Of a DNA stretch of 29,366 bases, positions 26,589-29,366 are shown piece after piece; within the stretch, counting starts at the first letter, position 1, and each line of letters opens with the position of its first letter. Source of the stretch: a virus. Lineage: Duplodnaviria > Caudoviricetes. The stretch covers positions 1 to 29,366 of IMG/VR virus record IMGVR_UViG_3300027798_000161, one strand, 5' to 3'. The notes beneath the pieces are model-generated. The model did no database searches, was not told the DNA's origin, and saw only the letters and a list, made by a program, of their open reading frames with translations. The position numbers and the translations under genes are program-made.

Positions 26589-26930
26589 TTAATCGTAGAT
26601 TGAGTTCGTTATTGCACCACTTACAACCATTCTCCCCTCCTCAATGACCACTCCGGTCGTATCCTGGATTGATGTTGGTGGAATTGTTGATTCGTACACT
26701 GAATATCGGTATTGTCCCTTGACCAAAATCACATCAACCGGCTCATCCAATAGGAAGAGATTGAATCTTTCCTTCCAATCGGAGATGTCAGCGGTGGTGA
26801 ATAGGATGGGAGTGTCGGTTGTATCCATTTCATTCTCAAAAACGAACAAATAATACGGATTCGAGAGAGTGCTCACCTCAGTCAGAGTCAGCACAATTGA
26901 ATTAACCTCACCTTTATCAATGTAAATCAT
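26589..26930 (-). CDS. Small virion protein (head closure-like)
   Basis: 113 aa, beta-rich; preceded by the late-promoter motif. Confidence 0.5.
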   Translation of the reverse strand: MIYIDKGEVNSIVLTLTEVSTLSNPYYLFVFENEMDTTDTPILFTTADISDWKERFNLFLLDEPVDVILVKGQYRYSVYESTIPPTSIQDTTGVVIEEGRMVVSGAITNSIYD

Positions 26931-26934
26931 ACTA

Positions 26935-26962
26935 ATATATTAAGAAAACCTTCAAAAATGTT
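26935..26962 (-). promoter_or_regulatory. Putative phage late promoter, copy 4 (AACA-N15-TTAATATAT)
   Basis: Ends 4 nt before ATG 26930, immediately after a terminator. Confidence 0.6.
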
Positions 26963-26965
26963 TAT

Positions 26966-26993
26966 AAAAAAAGCCCACCCTAATGGATGAGCT
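26966..26993 (-). terminator. Intrinsic terminator after the major tail gene
   Basis: AGCTCATC/GGTGGGCT stem with G-U pairs, followed by a T run. Confidence 0.65.
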
Positions 26994-27012
26994 CTCTCTT
27001 TTCTAGATAATG

Positions 27013-27537
27013 TTAAGCAATCAATGCTGCGATAATAGTTGAATCAACCTCGTATGCAAGGAAATCGTTCTCAGCGATCAATGTCACTGAATATTTCGAA
27101 CCATCTGCACGAGCAGTTCCTGAACCTTCACCAACTGCACTCAATTGTAAATAAGGGAAGTACCAATATTTACCATTAGCATCTTGGATGATTGCGTTTA
27201 GGTATTGTTGACCAGCACCAAGTACCTTAATCGCTTGTGACTTAGATTGGTCACGGCGGTGGAACATCAAGCTGATTGTTGCAGTTACATATGAGCTACC
27301 ATTGACAAGGTCAATCGCTGCATCTTCGGTGTAACTTCCGGTATTTCTGCGGATTTCAAATTCAGTATATAAATCACCACCTGTTATGATGTCGATACTG
27401 TCGATGGTCCATGTGTTTGGAGTTGAGTCCAACGTGAATCCTTCGATGTTATCTTGTTGATTTATGTACACTTTGAAAATCCCACCACTGTTATTGTCGC
27501 ACGACTTAACTATGGATTCTAAATTTTCACAAGCCAT
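27013..27537 (-). CDS. Major tail (tube) protein, putative
   Basis: 174 aa; C...C...GGI start, DANGKYW and SGTARADG motifs; follows the capsid gene. Confidence 0.65.
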   Translation of the reverse strand: MACENLESIVKSCDNNSGGIFKVYINQQDNIEGFTLDSTPNTWTIDSIDIITGGDLYTEFEIRRNTGSYTEDAAIDLVNGSSYVTATISLMFHRRDQSKSQAIKVLGAGQQYLNAIIQDANGKYWYFPYLQLSAVGEGSGTARADGSKYSVTLIAENDFLAYEVDSTIIAALIA

Positions 27538-27557
27538 TTTTGTTGTTTTAAATATTG

Positions 27558-27586
27558 AAAAATAGAGGGGAGTATTTCATCCCCTC
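27558..27586 (-). terminator. Hairpin or weak terminator after the capsid gene
   Basis: GAGGGGA...TCCCCTC followed by TATTTTT. Confidence 0.55.
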
Positions 27587-27597
27587 AGAAATATTAA

Positions 27598-28530
27598 TTA
27601 TGCAGCAGCATTGTAGAATACAATCTCAGCACCATTCACATGAGTGAATCCAACTTTCATGTTTGCACGAGTACGGATAACCGGCTCAGCAACTGTATCA
27701 GCTAAATTGATAGCTCTCAACGCTTTACCATCTCCTTCAGCATCGAAAGAATAGATAAGATTTCCTTTCAACGTAGCGACAATTTTGGAAGTTGTTCCCA
27801 TTCCTGGACACAATACCATCTTGATACCTAAGTAAGAGAAATCTAATGCTTGAGTCAAGTTGGCTTGAGTATTCGCAGCAGCAACCGCAGCACGGTAAGC
27901 AGTAGCAACCGGTGTTGATACATAGATTCTCAAATCCTCTTGGTTAGCGATAACCGCAGCAGGGATTGCAGCGTATACCAATGCCAATTTAGCAAGTACA
28001 TTTGATGGAGTAATCGCAACTGGAGAAGCGATATCAATCACTGCTGAATCAGCAAGTAAAGATTTCACATAACCATCACACAATGCAAGTGCAGGAACCA
28101 ATGATTCTGTATCACCTAACCAACGTAATTTCTCGATGTTCTCAGCAATTGTTTTTGCCATTTCTCCCCAATAGAAATCCATGAAAGATGCAACAGTGAA
28201 ATCACCATTTGAACCTTTTGTCATTTGTAATGATACGAATGACTGCTCCAATTGGAATTGACAAATCTCTGCCATTGCAGACAATCCACATACGTCTACC
28301 TCTACTGAAGAAAGCTCATCAGTACTTGCATTCCATCCGCAATTTTCTGCTTGTAAAACTTGACCAAATGTTACGGTCGAAATTTTCGTTTTAAATTTTA
28401 CTCCTGGAAGTGTACGGTAGTTGTCAACCGTTTCCTCTTGTAAATACGCTCGTGAGTAAAATGCCTCACTGTTTGCTTGTAATAATGCTGATGCATCAAT
28501 ATCCAAGTCGAATCTTAATTTTCTGCTCAT
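27598..28530 (-). CDS. Major capsid protein
   Basis: 310 aa, directly after the protease; WLGD...DG motif of HK97-fold capsids; strong A-rich leader. Confidence 0.8.
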   Translation of the reverse strand: MSRKLRFDLDIDASALLQANSEAFYSRAYLQEETVDNYRTLPGVKFKTKISTVTFGQVLQAENCGWNASTDELSSVEVDVCGLSAMAEICQFQLEQSFVSLQMTKGSNGDFTVASFMDFYWGEMAKTIAENIEKLRWLGDTESLVPALALCDGYVKSLLADSAVIDIASPVAITPSNVLAKLALVYAAIPAAVIANQEDLRIYVSTPVATAYRAAVAAANTQANLTQALDFSYLGIKMVLCPGMGTTSKIVATLKGNLIYSFDAEGDGKALRAINLADTVAEPVIRTRANMKVGFTHVNGAEIVFYNAAA

Positions 28531-28549
28531 TTTGTTTTGTTGTTAATTG

Positions 28550-29366
28550 TTAGTTATTTGTGTTTAAAAATTTACTTACTGCACTGAATTTTTCTTGCAT
28601 CGACATTTTAGTTTTGTTGTCGGTTGCTTCAACTTCAACTTCAGTTTCTCCAACCATCATCTCCTCCATTTGGTTGCGAAGGTCAGCGATCAATGCGATG
28701 ATTGCTTTCTCTCTCTCCTCAAGAATCGGTGTAACGATTGCAAGGATAGCCTCTGAATCCATTGCAGGATCAATTGCCATTTCTTCATTTACTGCATCTT
28801 CAACAATTGGAGCTTCTTCCTCAACAACTGTTTCCTCCATTACAATCTCTTCCATTGTAGCCTCTTCAATTGGTGCATCCTTAATCTCGATGATTTCGCC
28901 ATCTACAACAACGTAGATTTTCCCATCGATTAAGTGCTCCCCGTCAGGTAATTTGTTCATGTTATATTTATTTAATTGATTACTTAATTTCAATCCCAAG
29001 AATCCCTCGATTGAGAATCCAACTTGGTCATTGGCAACCAATTCAGCATAATACTCTTTGTCAGTTATCTGAGCAGTTACCATCAACGTACCTTTTGGAA
29101 CTTCAATACCGAATGTTGAGAATGCCTTATCTTGTTTTGGATTATCAACCACCCATGTTTCAAGGATATATGCAGGAACTGTCTTTGATGTGTCATGCTC
29201 CAGGTTAAATAGGTCACGATTGCGAAGGTCGCTCATGAACTTCTCATGAATCTTTGCGATTGTTTCCTCAGTAAACTGAACATAGTATTCACCTTGTTCG
29301 TTATCCTTGCGATATATCTCCATTGGTATCATTGCAGGTGCAGTGATTCGATACTTTAAGTCATCA
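28550..29366 (-). CDS. Prohead protease (XkdF-like) with acidic scaffold-like C-terminus; begins at 300 across the junction
   Basis: FNLEH, ETW, PKGT and GFSIEG motifs; LPDGEH followed by an E-rich region. Confidence 0.8.
   Translation of the reverse strand, partial: DDLKYRITAPAMIPMEIYRKDNEQGEYYVQFTEETIAKIHEKFMSDLRNRDLFNLEHDTSKTVPAYILETWVVDNPKQDKAFSTFGIEVPKGTLMVTAQITDKEYYAELVANDQVGFSIEGFLGLKLSNQLNKYNMNKLPDGEHLIDGKIYVVVDGEIIEIKDAPIEEATMEEIVMEETVVEEEAPIVEDAVNEEMAIDPAMDSEAILAIVTPILEEREKAIIALIADLRNQMEEMMVGETEVEVEATDNKTKMSMQEKFSAVSKFLNTNN
29219..29366. repeat. Terminal direct repeat, right copy
   Basis: Matches 1-148 with three substitutions. Confidence 0.95.

Noticed and set aside
2733-29208. 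Many plus-strand ORFs in the track, including 22337-22630
   Set aside because: Antisense shadows of well-supported minus-strand genes with no recognisable motifs

Overview
This window is an apparently complete, circularly permuted ~29.2 kb tailed-phage genome (siphovirus-like). Bases 1-148 repeat at 29219-29366, and the prohead protease gene reads across that junction. The host is probably Bacteroidota (DUF3127, a BT4734-like primase, TAnnTTTG promoters, A-rich leaders with no Shine-Dalgarno). Nearly all genes are on the minus strand: head/portal/lysis module (29.3-22.5 kb), small early genes, a likely origin and primase-helicase, a recombination module (VRR-NUC, ERF, YqaJ-like), a sigma-like gene, TerS/TerL, then tail fibre, tail tip and tape measure. 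I recognised no integrase, DNA polymerase, tRNA or CRISPR. Three things stand out. (1) Six short genes are joined by a 20-bp repeat, TAAACAACAAGAACAATGAA, which encodes a QQEQ C-terminus, a stop, the next start and an A-rich initiation region; this cassette-like array sits directly downstream of the recombination genes. (2) A candidate ~50-nt RNA at the end of the late operon is complementary to the start regions of the genes that follow host-type promoters. (3) A four-copy AACA-N14/15-TTAATATAT motif lies 2-4 nt from structural-gene ATGs, suggesting a leaderless late promoter. All protein calls come from motif recognition and gene context, not database searches.
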